In this document: in pieces, positions 39,985 to 52,320 of the stretch
Position numbering within the stretch: the stretch's first letter is position 1
Layout of the letters: each line of letters opens with the position of its first letter
Assembly (NCBI RefSeq): GCF_030028105.1
Contig: NC_092372.1
Location: 170,630,058-170,694,057 of the forward strand
Length of the DNA stretch: 64,000 bases
Direction: 5' to 3'
From: Mobula birostris
Lineage: Eukaryota
Notes under the pieces: generated by a model
Told to the model about the DNA's origin: nothing
Databases searched by the model: none
Seen by the model: only the letters and a program-made list of their open reading frames with translations
Position numbers and translations under genes: made by a program

Positions 39985-42900
39985 ATCACGAGCATATCTG
40001 AGAGACTGGTGTGGGGAGCACAGCTTCGGGTTCCTGGATCATTGGGTCCTCTTCTGGGGGAGGTATGATCTGTACAAAATGGACGGGTTACACCTGTACC
40101 CAAAGGGGTCCTATATCCAAGCAGGCAGGTTTAAAAGAGCTGTCAGGGAGGGTTTAAACTAATTTGGCAAGGGGACGGGAACTGGAGTGATAGGGCTAAG
40201 GAAGGGGAAAACAGAAATAAATCAAAAATAGCGTGCAACAGAGATGATAGGAAGGACAGGCAGGAGATGAGGCATAATCACAGCCAGTGGCATGAGTTAC
40301 AGGGCAATAGAGGCATGATGCAGTTAAAACGGAAATCAACAAATTATGGACTGAAAGTGTTGTAATTGAATGCAAGCAGCATAAGCTGGCCCCCTAGGCC
40401 TTAGTCGACGTAGTAGTAGCATAAGAAATAAAATGGACAATCTTGAAATTCAGCTACAGATTGATAAGTATGACGTTGTGGCCTTCTCTGAAACTTGGCT
40501 AAAGGATGGCTGCCATTGGTAGCTGAACGTCCAAGGATATACGGTGTATCAGAAAGATAGGTTAGTAGGCAGAGGGGGTGGTGTGGCCCTGTGTATAAGA
40601 AATAATATTAAATCATTAGAAAGGGATGACACAGGATTGGAAGGGGTAGAGTCTCTATGGGCTGAGTTAAGAAACGGCAAGGGTAAAAGGACCCTAATGG
40701 CAGTTGTATACAGGCCTCCAAACAGCAGCCGAGATATAGATTACAAATTACAGCAGGAGATAGAAAAGGCATGTCAGAAGGGTAATGTCATGATAATCAC
40801 TGGGGATTTAATATGAAAGTGGATTAGGAAAATCAGGTCAGTACTGGGCCTCGAGAGAGAATTTGTAGAATGTCTAAGGGATAGCTTTTCAGAACAGCTT
40901 GTTGTTGAGCTCAGTAGGGGTTGGGCTGTGCTGGATTGGGTGTTGTGCAATGATCCGGAGGTGATAAAATAGTTTAGGGAACAGTGATCACAGTATGATC
41001 GAGTTCACTTTGAAATTTGAGAAGGAGAAATTAAATTCCAATGAGTCGGTATTGCAGTGGAATAAAGGAAATTACAATGGCATGAGAGGCGAACTGGCCA
41101 AGGTTGACTGGAAAGGGACACTAGCAGAAAGGACAGCAGAGCAGCAATGGCTGGAGTTTCTGCAAAAAATGAGGAAAGTGCAAGACAGATATATTCCAAA
41201 TGAGAAGTAATTTTCGAATGGAAGAAGGACACTACCGTGGCTGACAAGTGAAGTCAGTGCCAAAGTAAAAGCAAAACAGAGGGCATACAAGGAAACTAGA
41301 ACTAGTGGGAAGATAGAGGGTTGAGAAGCTTTTAAAAACTTGCAGAAGGAAACTAAGAAGGTCATTAGGAAGGAAAAGATGAATCATGAAAGAAAGCTGG
41401 TGACTAATATCAAAGAAGATACTAAAAGCTTTTTTAAGTATATAAAGGGTAAAAGGGAGTTGAGGGTAAATATAGGACCAATACAAAATGACACTGGAGA
41501 TATTGTAATGAGAGACACAGAGATGGCAGAGGAACTGAATGTGTATTTCGCATCAGTCTTCACAGTGGAAGACATCTGCAGTATACCAGACATTCAAGAG
41601 TGTTAGAGAAGTGAAGTATGTACAGTGAAAATTACGACTGAGAAGGTGCTCAGGAAGTTTAATGGTCTGAGGGTGGATAAATTTCCTGGACTGATGGAAC
41701 TTATCCTTGGGTTCCGAAGGAAGTGGTTAGAGAGATTGCAGAGGCATTAACAATGATCTTTCAAGAATTGATAGATTCTGGCATTGTACCAGATGACTGG
41801 AAAATTACAGATGTTACTCCGCTATTTAAGAAGGGTGGGAGGCAGCAGAAAAGAAACTATAGACCTGTTAGCTTGACATCAGTGATTGGGAAGTTATTGG
41901 AATTGATTGTTAGGGATGAGATTACGGAATACCTGGAGGTACATGACAAATAGGCCAAAGCCAGCATGGTTTCCTGAAAAGAAAATCCTGCCTGACTAAC
42001 CAACTGCAGTTTTTTGAGGAAATTACAAGCAGGGTAGACAAAGGAGATACAGTAGATGTGGTGTACTTGAATTTTTAGAAGGCCTTTGACAAGGTGCCAC
42101 ACATGAGGCTGCTTAGCAAGGTAAGAGCCCGTGGAATTACAAGGAAGTTACTAGAGTGGGTGGAGCATTGGCTGATCGGCAGAAAACAAAGAGTGGGAAT
42201 AAAGAGATCCTATTCTGGCTGGCTGCCGGTTACCAGTGGAGTTCCACAGGGGTCAGTGTTGGGACTGCTGCTTTTTACGATGTATGTCAATGATTTGGAC
42301 CATAGGATTAATGGATTTGAGGCTAAATTTGCCAATGATACAAAAATAGGTGGAGGAGCAGGTAGTGTTGAGGAAACAGAGAGCCTGCAGAGAGACTTGG
42401 ATAGCTTAGGGGAATGGGTAAAGAAATGGCAAATGAAATGCAATGTTGGTAAATGTATGGTCATGCACTTTGGTAGAAGAAATAAACAGGCAGACTATTA
42501 TTTAGATGGGGAGAAAATTCAAAATGCAAAGATGCAAAGGGAGTTGGGAATCCTTGTGCAGGATACCCTAAAGGTTAACCTCCAGGTTGAATCGGTTGTG
42601 AAGAAGGCGAATGCAATGTTGGCATTCATTTCTAGAGGTATAGAATATAAGAGCAGGGATGTGATGTTGAGGCTCTATAAGGCACTCATACCACGCTTGG
42701 AGTTTTGGGCTCCTTATTTAGAAAGGATATACTGACCTTGGAGACGGTTCAGGAGAACCCTCGAAGATTCACAGAAATGTTCCCAGGAATGAAAGGGTTA
42801 CCGTATGAGGAATGTCTGGCAACTCTTGGGCTGTATGCCCAGCAGTTCAGGAGAATGAGGGGGGATCTCATAAAAACATTCTGAATGTTAAAAGGCCTGA

Positions 42901-43225
42901 ACAGATTAGATATGGCAAAGTTATTCCCTTGGTAAGGGAGTCTAGGACAAGAGAGCACAACTTGATGTGGAGAAATTACCTTAGTCAGAGGGCAGTAAAT
43001 CTGTGGAATTTATTGCCACGAGTAGCTGTGGAGGCCAAGTCTTTGGGTGCATTTAAGACAGAGGTAGATAGAGTCTTGATTTGCCAGGGCATCAAAGGGT
43101 ATGGGGAAAAGGCAGAGGAGTGGGGATGACTAGAAGAATTGGATCATCCCATGATTGAATGGCGGAGCAGACTTGACAGGCCGAATAGCCTACTTCTGCT
43201 CCTATATCTTATGGTCTTAGGGTCT
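39985..43225 (+). mobile_element. CR1 LINE, ORF1 C-terminus to 3' end, decayed
   Basis: LRDWCGEHSFGFLDHW...DGLHL (esterase), VYRPPNS, NYRPVSLTS, ORF 42094-42735 VPQGSVLG...KFANDTK; tail tcttatggtctta. Confidence 0.96.
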
Positions 43226-43334
43226 TCCAAGGTCAGTTACTCTTACTACTGGTCTTGAAGGAACATTTGAACATATGCACAATGTGTTTCTCTTCTTGGC
43301 CTGAATAAGTGATATCTCAATCACTTTGCAGAGA

Positions 43335-43728
43335 AGGATCAAGGATCAAGGATCAACTTTATTTGCCATTTACATGCATTAAGAACTTGCTGTAATGTGT
43401 TGGTCAGGGCAAAGCATGCAACAAAAACCAACAACATTCAACAATTATAAAGAATAAAGAATTATGTAAAATAATGAAGTTAGAAGTAAAAGTATGGATA
43501 TGGAATAAAATGCGCATAAATATATAAATATTAGAATGTATGTACATTGTAAATAGCATTATAAAAAGTGGTTTAAAGTGCTCACAATGCCATGAGGTGA
43601 CAGGGTAATAGATAGAGGGGATGGGGGATTCTAATTAAAATGGTTGATTAATTAAACTGCGCAGCAGAAGAAAATTTTAAGATGCTGTGAAGATTTTGTC
43701 TTAATAGCCCTTTTGCACTTCCCAGATA
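43335..43728 (-). mobile_element. Rex1-type 3' end
   Basis: (gatcaag)n tail, tttatttgccattt, and cacttcccaga (SGK. on minus strand) at the inner end. Confidence 0.6.
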
Positions 43729-44625
43729 CATTTAAAAATAAAGACTGAAATATTCTGCATTAGTTGATGATGGTGTGTCCAGTTCATGAGGCAAATCAGC
43801 TCAATGCAGTGATTCTTCTGCCCCGATGAGGAAATTACAATGCAGCTCATTTGCAGAACTTCAGCTCAGGGCTTAAAGCAAGGATAAGACAGTGCAGACA
43901 AAATCCTTGAAGGAAACAGAGGACAAACTGTCAACAAAAATTAGGACCTGCAAAATAGAAAATCATCAGCTGATGAATTTCAATCAAGTTTTTCAATTTC
44001 AGGAAAAAGTTGCTCCTGCCGCCAATGGATACTCTTGTCAAGAGAATCTGGCAATGAAGAAAATTCTCTATGGGTATAAATTATCTCAATCCAAAATAGT
44101 TCTGAATAGCTCTTCAGATTTTCCTTAACAATCAAATAATATTTTGCAACAGCTAGACTTAGATTACCTCAAAATGTAATTTCACATTTCAAATATATCG
44201 TAGCTCAAAAAATGTGCTTAGATCCAATTGTGAAAGAAATAAGATTAAAATTGTTCTAGACCTACGAGAATTAAAATATAGACAATTATCAACAGTTTCA
44301 CAGAAATCAAGTAAGTATTGGAGAAGATAAGTGCCAAAACTACAAAATGCTTAGGCCACTATTATATTTCTTCCAGAGGTATGAACAACCATGAGATCAT
44401 TGTACGGCTCACTCTAGCAAAAACGGTAAAATTGATTATCTAATGATGTAAAATATTCCTATACTCTTGAGAATTTGCTATCTGAAAAGTATGATAAAAG
44501 CAGTTAGTAATTATTCAACCTTCAGCTGTTTTCTGTGCGGCCAGATTATTGCAATAATGTGCTGTGGACTCCCTCTACTGGTTGAATTCAATAAAGCAGC
44601 AAAGTTCCTCTGAATATTGTGCTCT

Positions 44626-45580
44626 CAAAGTTCAAAGTAAATTTATTATCAAATGGCATATACTGTATTTCACCATACACAACCCTGAGATTCATTTTCT
44701 TGCAGGCTTACACAGTAAAGCCAAGAAACACAATAGAATCAATTGAAGATCACACCCAACAGGACAGACAAACAATCAAAGTGCAAATACAAATTTAAAA
44801 AATAACAGTAAAGGCATCTGTTAGTCTTGCGAGACCATGGATCTGTGCCTGGAAAGTCTTCACTCTCCAGGGTGGAGGCCTGGGCAAGGTTGTATGGAAG
44901 ACCAGCAGATGCCCATGATGCAAGTCTCCCCTCTCCACGCCATCGATGTTGTCTAAGGGAAGGGCATTAGGACCCATACAGCTTGGGATCAGTGTCGTCG
45001 CAGAGCAATGTGTGATTAAGTGCCTTGCTCAAGGATACAACATGTTGCCTCGGCTGGGGCTCGAACTCACGACCTTCAGGTGGCTAGTCCAATGCCTTAA
45101 CCACTTGGCCATGTGCCCACATTAAAAAATAATAAATAAGCAATAATTATCAAGAACATGAGATGAAAAGTCCTTGAAAGTGTGTCCACAGGTTGTGGGA
45201 ACATTTCACTGATGGGACAAGTGAAGTTGAGTGAAGTTATCCACTCTGGTTCAAGAGCCTGATGGTTGAGAGGTTTCCGAACCTGTAGGCATGAGTCCTG
45301 AGGCTCATGATGGCAGAAGCGTGAAGAGAGCTTGACCTGGGTGATGTGGGTCCTTGATGATAGATGCTGCTTTCCTGAGACAATGCTTCATGTAGATGTG
45401 CTCAATGGTGAGGAGGGCTTTACCTGTGATTGACTGGACCACATTGATTGCTTTTTGTAGGATTTTCTGTTCAACAGTATTAGTGCTTCCACCAGTCAGA
45501 ATACTCTCCACCACACATCTGTAGAAGTTTGTCAAAGTTTTAGATGTCATGCAGAATCTTCACAAATTTCTAAGAAAGTA
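44626..45580 (-). mobile_element. Rex1/Babar 3' fragment containing a SINE
   Basis: ORF 45305-45550 MTSKTLTNFYRCVVESILTG...LRKAASIIKDPHHPGQALFTLLPS; tail tcaaagttcaaagtaaatttatt. Confidence 0.9.
44806..45121 (-). mobile_element. tRNA-derived SINE, same family as 36874-37187
   Basis: 11-bp TSD ttaaaaaataa at 44795-44805 and 45122-45132; B-box gagttcgagcc. Confidence 0.92.
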
Positions 45581-46019
45581 GATGCCATCCCCCCAGCCCA
45601 CACTTGACGTTACTTGTTTCATCCTTTGTTTACACTCAGGGTTTGTTGGCAGGAGTCTAGACTTCAGCAAAACCTGTAACACTGACATTACCCTTAAGGA
45701 TATTACCTGATTTTATTGATCTTCTGTCGGTATCTCAACTTTAAACATGCTTACTTCCAGTTTCAGTACACTATATAGGAAGTGACCCAATATGACTTTG
45801 TTTCTTTTTTTTTGTGTACTTTTCTTTGTCGTGTTCTTTGATATGTATTTTTGATGTTTATTGTATGGCATACTTTCGAAGGAATGGTGTCAACGTTAAT
45901 ATGTCTGAATGGCAGTCATTTTATATTGTAAGAGAGTGCATATATCTGACGATGAAGTGAAGTCACATTAGAGTCCAGGTGTAACACTTCTGCAATCAAT
46001 TGGGGTTATCAAAGTGGGT

Positions 46020-46125
46020 CAGTTAATATCTGTGGAAGGAGAATCATATAACTTTTCACAGAGATGACCTTTTACCAGAAACAAAATCTTCTGTTCTGAT
46101 GAAGAGTCTTTGAACTGAAACGTTA
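46020..46125. mobile_element. Left half of an old Penelope-derived hairpin; right half at 57883-57960
   Basis: gttCTGATGAagagtctttgaactGAAAcgtt hammerhead core at 46093-46124; family sequence resumes as ttctctctccacggatgctgcctgg at 57891. Confidence 0.68.
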
Positions 46126-46233
46126 GAACATGGAATAGTACAGCACAGTACAGGCTCTTGGGCCCAGGATGTAGTGCAATCCTTTTAACTTACTCAAAGA
46201 TCAATCCAGCCTTTCCCTCCCACATAGTCCATG
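46125..46233 (-). mobile_element. CR1 3' tail, split by the LTR element (resumes 57873-57883)
   Basis: agaacatggaatagtacagcacagtacaggc is the reverse complement of a CR1 tail; ccatg/tgcct continuity across the LTR element. Confidence 0.75.
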
Positions 46234-47234
46234 TGTCACAACCGTGAACAACGCTGAACAAAGTTGGCAACCATGCACGTGAGAATGCACATTCTAACCA
46301 ATTTTGGTTCCTCGGTAATTGTATTTAACTCCCTTCCTTTCATTCCATTCTTGTTATTTCTTGACCAAAAGCAACACCCCATGTTCCAGAAAAGAAGCTT
46401 AATAGTTTATGTAGACACTGTAAAGAAGTGGTATTAATTTAGTTTTAAGTAACTAATTCCAAGCTACAGTAATGGTGTTAGCTTTTAGTTTGGGAGTTTT
46501 ATTTAGTGGCCCTATTGGCCAAGCATTTATTATTTTTCTTTATTCAGTAAGTTCTTATTAAAACTTAGTGAACTGTTCATTCCACTTCTATGTCTCTTAC
46601 TTTACACTTGAACCATCATCGAATTCCTGTCAGCAAGACTTGACCGATCAAAGTGGACCTAACGGAGAGAGAACACTGAAATCAGTCCTGAATTTCATTC
46701 GTCAAGTAAGGGAGAAGTTAAAATCAGAGGAGGCTGTGTTGGCAGAAGTGGTTCACGCGGTACAACAACTACTCACAGAGCATCAACCTAGTCCAAGCCA
46801 AACTTTGTTGATCAGGTTGGTGGAGAAGTTGTAGTCAGTGGAGGAAGGGTTGGCAGAAGTGGCTCACGCAGTACAACAACTACTCTAAGGCGGCAAGCCC
46901 AGTCCAAGTTGGAAAGCAGGTGTTTGCACTTTGTGCACAGGTGCACCAACAACAAGCTGACGGTTCAGCAACTCCCAATAGACAGCCAGAATCACTTGGC
47001 AGCCATTATAGCTCTTGTAGGATTTTGTGAATAAAACATGTGAGAGTCGTTTTGTGTGCTTAACAAACGCCATAGTCCTTTACTTCCATTATGAACAAAA
47101 CAAAAGCAGTCACCTAACGCCGACATCATTACGTCAGACTCCATCTCTTAAAGTCACAGAGTTTGTGAATTATGCAGAACAGTTTCCATTATGGACAATA
47201 AGTGTCACCTGACACCCATTACAATACCCCAAAC

Positions 47235-48806
47235 AGAGGATGGGAAAATTGCAGAAGTGTCTCCACTCTTCAAGAAGGTTGGGAGGCAGAAAATATGAAA
47301 TTATTGGTCTTAGTGGTTGGAAAGACGTTGGAGTCAATTGTTAAGGATGAGATTTCAGGGTACTTGGAGGCATGTAACAAAATAGGCCAAGGCCAACATG
47401 ATTTCCTTAAGGGAAAATCTTGCCCAACAAATCTGTTTAAACTCTTTGAAGAAATAACAAGCAGGATAGAGAAAGGAGAAATGGCAGATGTTGTGTACTT
47501 GGAAGCCCTTTAACAAGGTGTCACACAATAGGCTACACACAAGATAAGAGCCCAGGGTATTTCAGAAAGGCTACTAGCATGGACAAAGCAGTGGTTGATT
47601 GGCAGAAGGCAAAGGGTGGGAACAAAGGGTTCCTTTTCAGATCAGTTGCTGGTGACTAATGGTGTTCCACAGGGGTCTGTGTTGGGATCACTTCTTTTAA
47701 TGTTGTACGTTAATGATTTGGATGATGGAATTGATGGCTTTATAGCCAAGTTTGGAGACAATGCAAAGAGGGGCAGGTAGTGTTGAGGAAGCAAAGAGGC
47801 TGCAGAAGGAATTAGATTAGGAGAATTGTCAAAGAAGTGGCAGATGGAATATAATGTTAGGAAGTGTACGGTCATGCACTTTCATAGAAGAAATAAAAGG
47901 GTGGAATATTTTCTAAATGGAAAGAAAATTCAAAAATCCAAGGTGCAAAGGGATTTGGGAGTCCTCAACATGAGAAAATCTGAAGATGCTGGAAATCCAA
48001 AGCAGCACACAAAATACTGGAGGAACTCAGCAGGCCAGGCAGGATCTATGGAAAAGAGTCAACAGTCAACATTTTGGGCCAAGACCCTTCAGCATTTTGT
48101 GTGCGTTAGGAGTCCTCATGCAGGATTCCTGAAAGGTCAATTCGCAGTCTGAATTGTTGGTGAGGAAGGCAAATGCAATGTTAGCATTCATTCCAAGAGG
48201 TCTAGAATATAAAAGCAAGGGTGTAATGCTGAGGCTGTATAAGGCACAGGTGGAGCCTCACTCAGAGTATTGTGAACAGTTTTGGGCCCCCTATTTAAGA
48301 AAGGATGTGCTGACATTGGAGAGGATGCAGAGGAGGGTCATGATTCCGGGACTGAAAAGGTTATGATATGAGCAGCGACTGAAGTCTCTGGGGCCGTAAT
48401 CACTGGAATTTAGAAGAATGAGGGGGAGCTTATTGAAAACTATCAAATGTTGTAAGGCCTAGATAGAGTGAATGTGAAGAAGGTGTTTCCATTGGTGGGG
48501 GAGTCTAAGACCAGAGGGGTTAGTCTCAAAATAAAGGGACATCCATTTAGAACAAAAATGATGAGGAATTTCTTCAGCCGGAGGGTGGTGAATCTGAGGA
48601 ATTTGATGTCACAGATGGCTGTGAAGGTCAGGTCACAGGGCCCATTTAAGGTGGAGGTTGATAGGTTTTTCATTAGTCACAATGTGAATGGACATGGAAA
48701 GAAGGAAGGAGAATAGGGTTGAGAGGGAATTGGATCAGCCATGATGAAATCACAGAGCAGATGGGCCAAATGGCTTAATTCTGCTCCTATGTCTTACAGT
48801 CTTATG
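47235..48806 (+). mobile_element. CR1 RT and 3' end inside the CsRn1-type element
   Basis: GQHDFLKGKSC, GVPQGSVLG, LYKA.V.PHSEYCEQFWAP; tail tcttacagtcttatg. Confidence 0.93.
47968..48108. mobile_element. Short Penelope-derived element inserted in CR1
   Basis: 10-bp TSD ggagtcctca at 47958-47967 and 48109-48118; gatgctggaaatcc...ctggaggaactcagcaggcc family sequence. Confidence 0.92.
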
Positions 48807-48809
48807 CGC

Positions 48810-49578
48810 TGTCACTGTTGAAGCTGCATGGCGGTCAGCTCTTCTTGGTGTTCGTGCCAAAACATGAATGGTAAAAACATAGTCCTGGTATTGTCCGGGC
48901 GTGATTCTGATGGAGTCAGGGCTTATGGAGACAGGGAAAGGAGAAGGAATGATGCAGCTCTGCATGGCTGAGTGTAGATTATTGGCCATTTTTCATTATG
49001 GGCAATGTGAGATCGCTGGGTAATAAAATGGATGAGTTGATGGCGTTAGGCAGGAGTTAGAGAACATTTCGGGAGGGCAGTGTTATGTGTTTTACTGAAA
49101 CGTGGCTGCACGAGGGCATACCCAACCAAAACGTTTCCATAGAGGGCTTCCAGACCGTTCGGGCTGACCGGAATTGCACTGAGAGCGGTAAGCGTATAAG
49201 GAGGGAGGCTTGCTGTTCTGGTTAACAACAGATAGTGCAATCCTGGTCATATTATGATCAAGGAACGTGTTTGTAGCCCGGATATTGAACTCTTTGCTGT
49301 TGGAATCCAGTTCCACTGAGATGCAACACAGAGTGTCACAGGAAGTCATTCCTGCCTGTGGCCATTGAACTTCGCAGCTCCTCCCTTGGAGGGTCAGACA
49401 CCCTGAGCCAATGGGCTGGTCCTGGACTTGTTTCCATCTGGCATAATTTGCACGTTATTGTTTGATTGTTTGTGGATTTGTATTGCTGTGTTTATACTCT
49501 ATTCTTGGTTGATGCAACTGTAACGAAACCCAATTTCCCTCGGGATCAATAAAGTATGTCTATCTATCTATCTATCTA
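48810..49578 (+). mobile_element. Rex1/Babar deletion derivative (APE start fused to 3' end)
   Basis: MGNVRSLGNKMDEL...CFTETWL...QTVRADR...CSPDIELFAV joined directly to RKSFLPVAI; aataaag plus (ctat)n tail. Confidence 0.85.
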
Positions 49579-51646
49579 TTTTTGCAAGCTCTCCATAGCC
49601 CTTCATGGGTGTATTAGTGAGGACTGTGCAAACTTGATCAGGCATTTTTTGCATAAAGAATTCTTCAAAAATAAAGCAAGGATGGTGATTGCCCTGAAGA
49701 GATAGCATGTGATCCACTAGTTCTGAAGGCCTAGCATCCTCCATGATGGGTAAAGAGAGCAACTGTCTGGCACACTCAGACACAGACAGTCCAGAAGTCT
49801 GTAATAGGTGAGTGTTCAGAATGACATATTTACACGTGCAGGTGGGTCTGCCAGTAGACTTACCACTTTGGCTGCACTAGAACTACTTTGCCTTGCTACA
49901 ACATAGTACAATCTGGTATTGTCCACGGTGATTTCTCGCAGTGCAAACTGGGCTTCCACCTGCGCAATCCATGTGGCAGCATGCTCCTCCCAAACCTCAG
50001 GCAGCTTCAAAGTGAATGCCTTTGTCAACGTGTCATTGAGTAACTCTGGAATCATTTGAGAGCATCGTGTTCACCAATGTAGGATTTTGTGAAAAAACAT
50101 GCAAGAGTCATTTTGTGGACGTAACAAAAACCACAACCCTTTGCCTCCTTTACGAACAAACCAAAAGCAGCCGCCTTGCAGCGATGTCATTACATCAGAC
50201 ACCGTCTCTTAAAATCATAATTCAATGACAATATTTGTGCAGTAGGTACAACAGATTCTATTATGAACCATATGTGTCATCTGACATCCATCACACTCTT
50301 ACTGTCGCTATTCAGCAGCTTTCTGCCTGGACAGCCCCACTTCCAGCACCAGCGCCTCCTCCACTCTTTTGCAGTCTCATCAGCCTCAGCCACTAACGCC
50401 CCAATTCCCTTGACTGCTTCTGAACCTGAACCGAACATTGGTCCTCCAGGCAGATACTCCAGTGACCCCGATGGCTGCAGAAACTTTATTACCCAGTGTG
50501 TGCTGACCTTCCAAGCCCAGCCAGGTTGGTTCGGCAGTGATGCACGTAAATTGGCGTCCATGTTGAATCTCTTAGATGGACCCCCACTCAACCTGTTCAA
50601 CACCCTACAAGAACAAGGTTCTTCTGTTGCCCAGTATTTCCAGCAATTTGAGTTGAGTTCAAGAGAGTGTTTGACCCTCTAGTACAGGGCCTGGAGGCTG
50701 CCCACCAGCTCCCGGACTTGTGTCAAGGGAGAGGGTCAGTGAGAGACTACACAGTAAAGTTCTGCACTCTTGCAGTTGAGGCGAGGTGGAGCAAGAGATC
50801 TCTCATCAACTATTTTCCAGTGTGGGCTGAGCACAGAGGTCCAACATGAGATCGCAGTGCATGATGAACAGGACAGCCTAGATGACCTGATAAATCAGGC
50901 CATTGGAATTGACAGTCAGGCAGCTGAGTGGCAAAGAGGGAAGATGCCCCAAACTTCTCCACAATCAGATCACAACCAGTCTACACGCCCTCTCTCATTC
51001 CCCATTATACGGTCTGTGGAGGAGGTGGGGGGCCTGTAATCTATCTCAGGAGCAACGTGATTGGCACAGAAGAACAGGTTGTTGCCAGGACACTTCCAAT
51101 GATCATGTGCCAAGTGCCCAGTAAGCGCAAGACTCATTGGCCAGAAGGGAAATTCCAACCGGTTGGTTCTCTCTGCAAGCATCTTCCTTTAATTGAGTAA
51201 TGCTCCTAGCTGCCCTGTTGTGGGGGTCCCAGACCCATGAACTTCTCGCATTTATTGACTCCAGGGGCAGCCAGGTATCTCTTGTGTATGTATTCCCAGG
51301 CTCAAAGATGTGGAGTTCCCACCTAACAACTGACAGCAAATATTGATATCAAGGCTCTGGATGATCAGTTTCTGGGTACCAGCAAGATCCAACTTTCCAC
51401 ACTACCCCTCCAACGTGCTAGAGTGAAACCATAGGAAACAGCTCTCCTATCTTATTGATTCACCTGAACTGCTGCAGGTGCTTGGCCTTCCTTGACTCTC
51501 TCGACACAACCCATGGATCAATTGGTCCCTAAGGGTGCTCCAAAAGTGGGAAATGGCTTGTATGTCTATCTGCCTGGGTCCATGTCAGCATATCCCCTCC
51601 AGAGCCAACTATTAGTGTAGACCAGTTTGGTGTTCCAGCTGAATAT

Positions 51647-52320
51647 TACATTATTAGATTATGAAGACACTTAGTCCTCGTTTATTGTCATTTAGAAATG
51701 CATGCATTAAAAAATGATACAATATTCCCCCAGAAAGATATCACAGAAACACAGGACACACCGACTAAAACTGACAAAACCACATAATTATAACACATAG
51801 TTACAACAGTGCAAAGCAATACCATAATTTGATAAAGAGCAGACCATAGGCGCGGTAAAAAAAAAAGTCTCAAGTCCCGATAGCCCCATCATCTCACGCA
51901 GATGGAAGAAGGGAGAAAATCTCCCTGCCATGAACCTCCAAGCGCCACAAACTTGCCGATGCATTGGAAGCATCTGACCGCTGCCGACTCTGAGTCCGTC
52001 CGAAAACTTTGAGCCTCCAACCTGTCCTCCGACACCGGGCACCAAGAACCATCCACTGCCGAGCGCTTCGACCCCGGCCCCACCCCTCCGGCCTCCGAGC
52101 AACAAGCAAAGCCGAGGACTCAGGGCCTTCCCCTCCAGAGATTCTGGATCACACAGTAGCAGCGGCAGCGTTTCAGAAGTTTCACCAGATGTTCCTCCAT
52201 GCCCTCACGTCTGATCACATCAAATCAGGATTGTGCACGGCACCCTACTTGACAGATAACAGATATCATCACTGGAGTGCCCGCTACAAGCTGCGTCACG
52301 CTGCCATCTTCTCCTCCTCA
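51647..52320 (-). mobile_element. Non-autonomous non-LTR element inserted in chromovirus pol
   Basis: TSD gaatat at 51641-46 and 52321-26; removal restores VPAEY/ADLLEVFSK; 5' end gaggagaagatggc, 3' aataaa plus short tail. Confidence 0.82.

Larger units (their letters stand above)
47016..50295 (-). mobile_element. CsRn1-clade-like Gypsy element (two LTRs, gag remnant, pol lost)
   Basis: LTRs 50078-50295 and 47016-47223 (TG...CA on minus); 4-bp TSD ctct at 47012-15 and 50296-99; PBS tggtgaacacgatg resembling tRNA-Trp TGGTGACCCCGACG; gag KLPEVW...WIAQVEAQFALREIT and RPSELVDHMLSL..HHPCFIF. Confidence 0.88.

Noticed and set aside
42094-42735. Longest ORF (213 aa) as a functional gene
   Set aside because: It is a stretch of CR1 reverse transcriptase bounded by stops and frameshifts, with the catalytic FADD reading FAND
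43892-44128. Host exon within the 78-aa ORF (acceptor-like ttttcaatttcag)
   Set aside because: No recognisable domain and no convincing donor site
50263-51124. PEG10/RTL1-like domesticated gag gene
   Set aside because: Multiple frameshifts, split by another LTR element and flanked by LTRs; it is a dead retrotransposon
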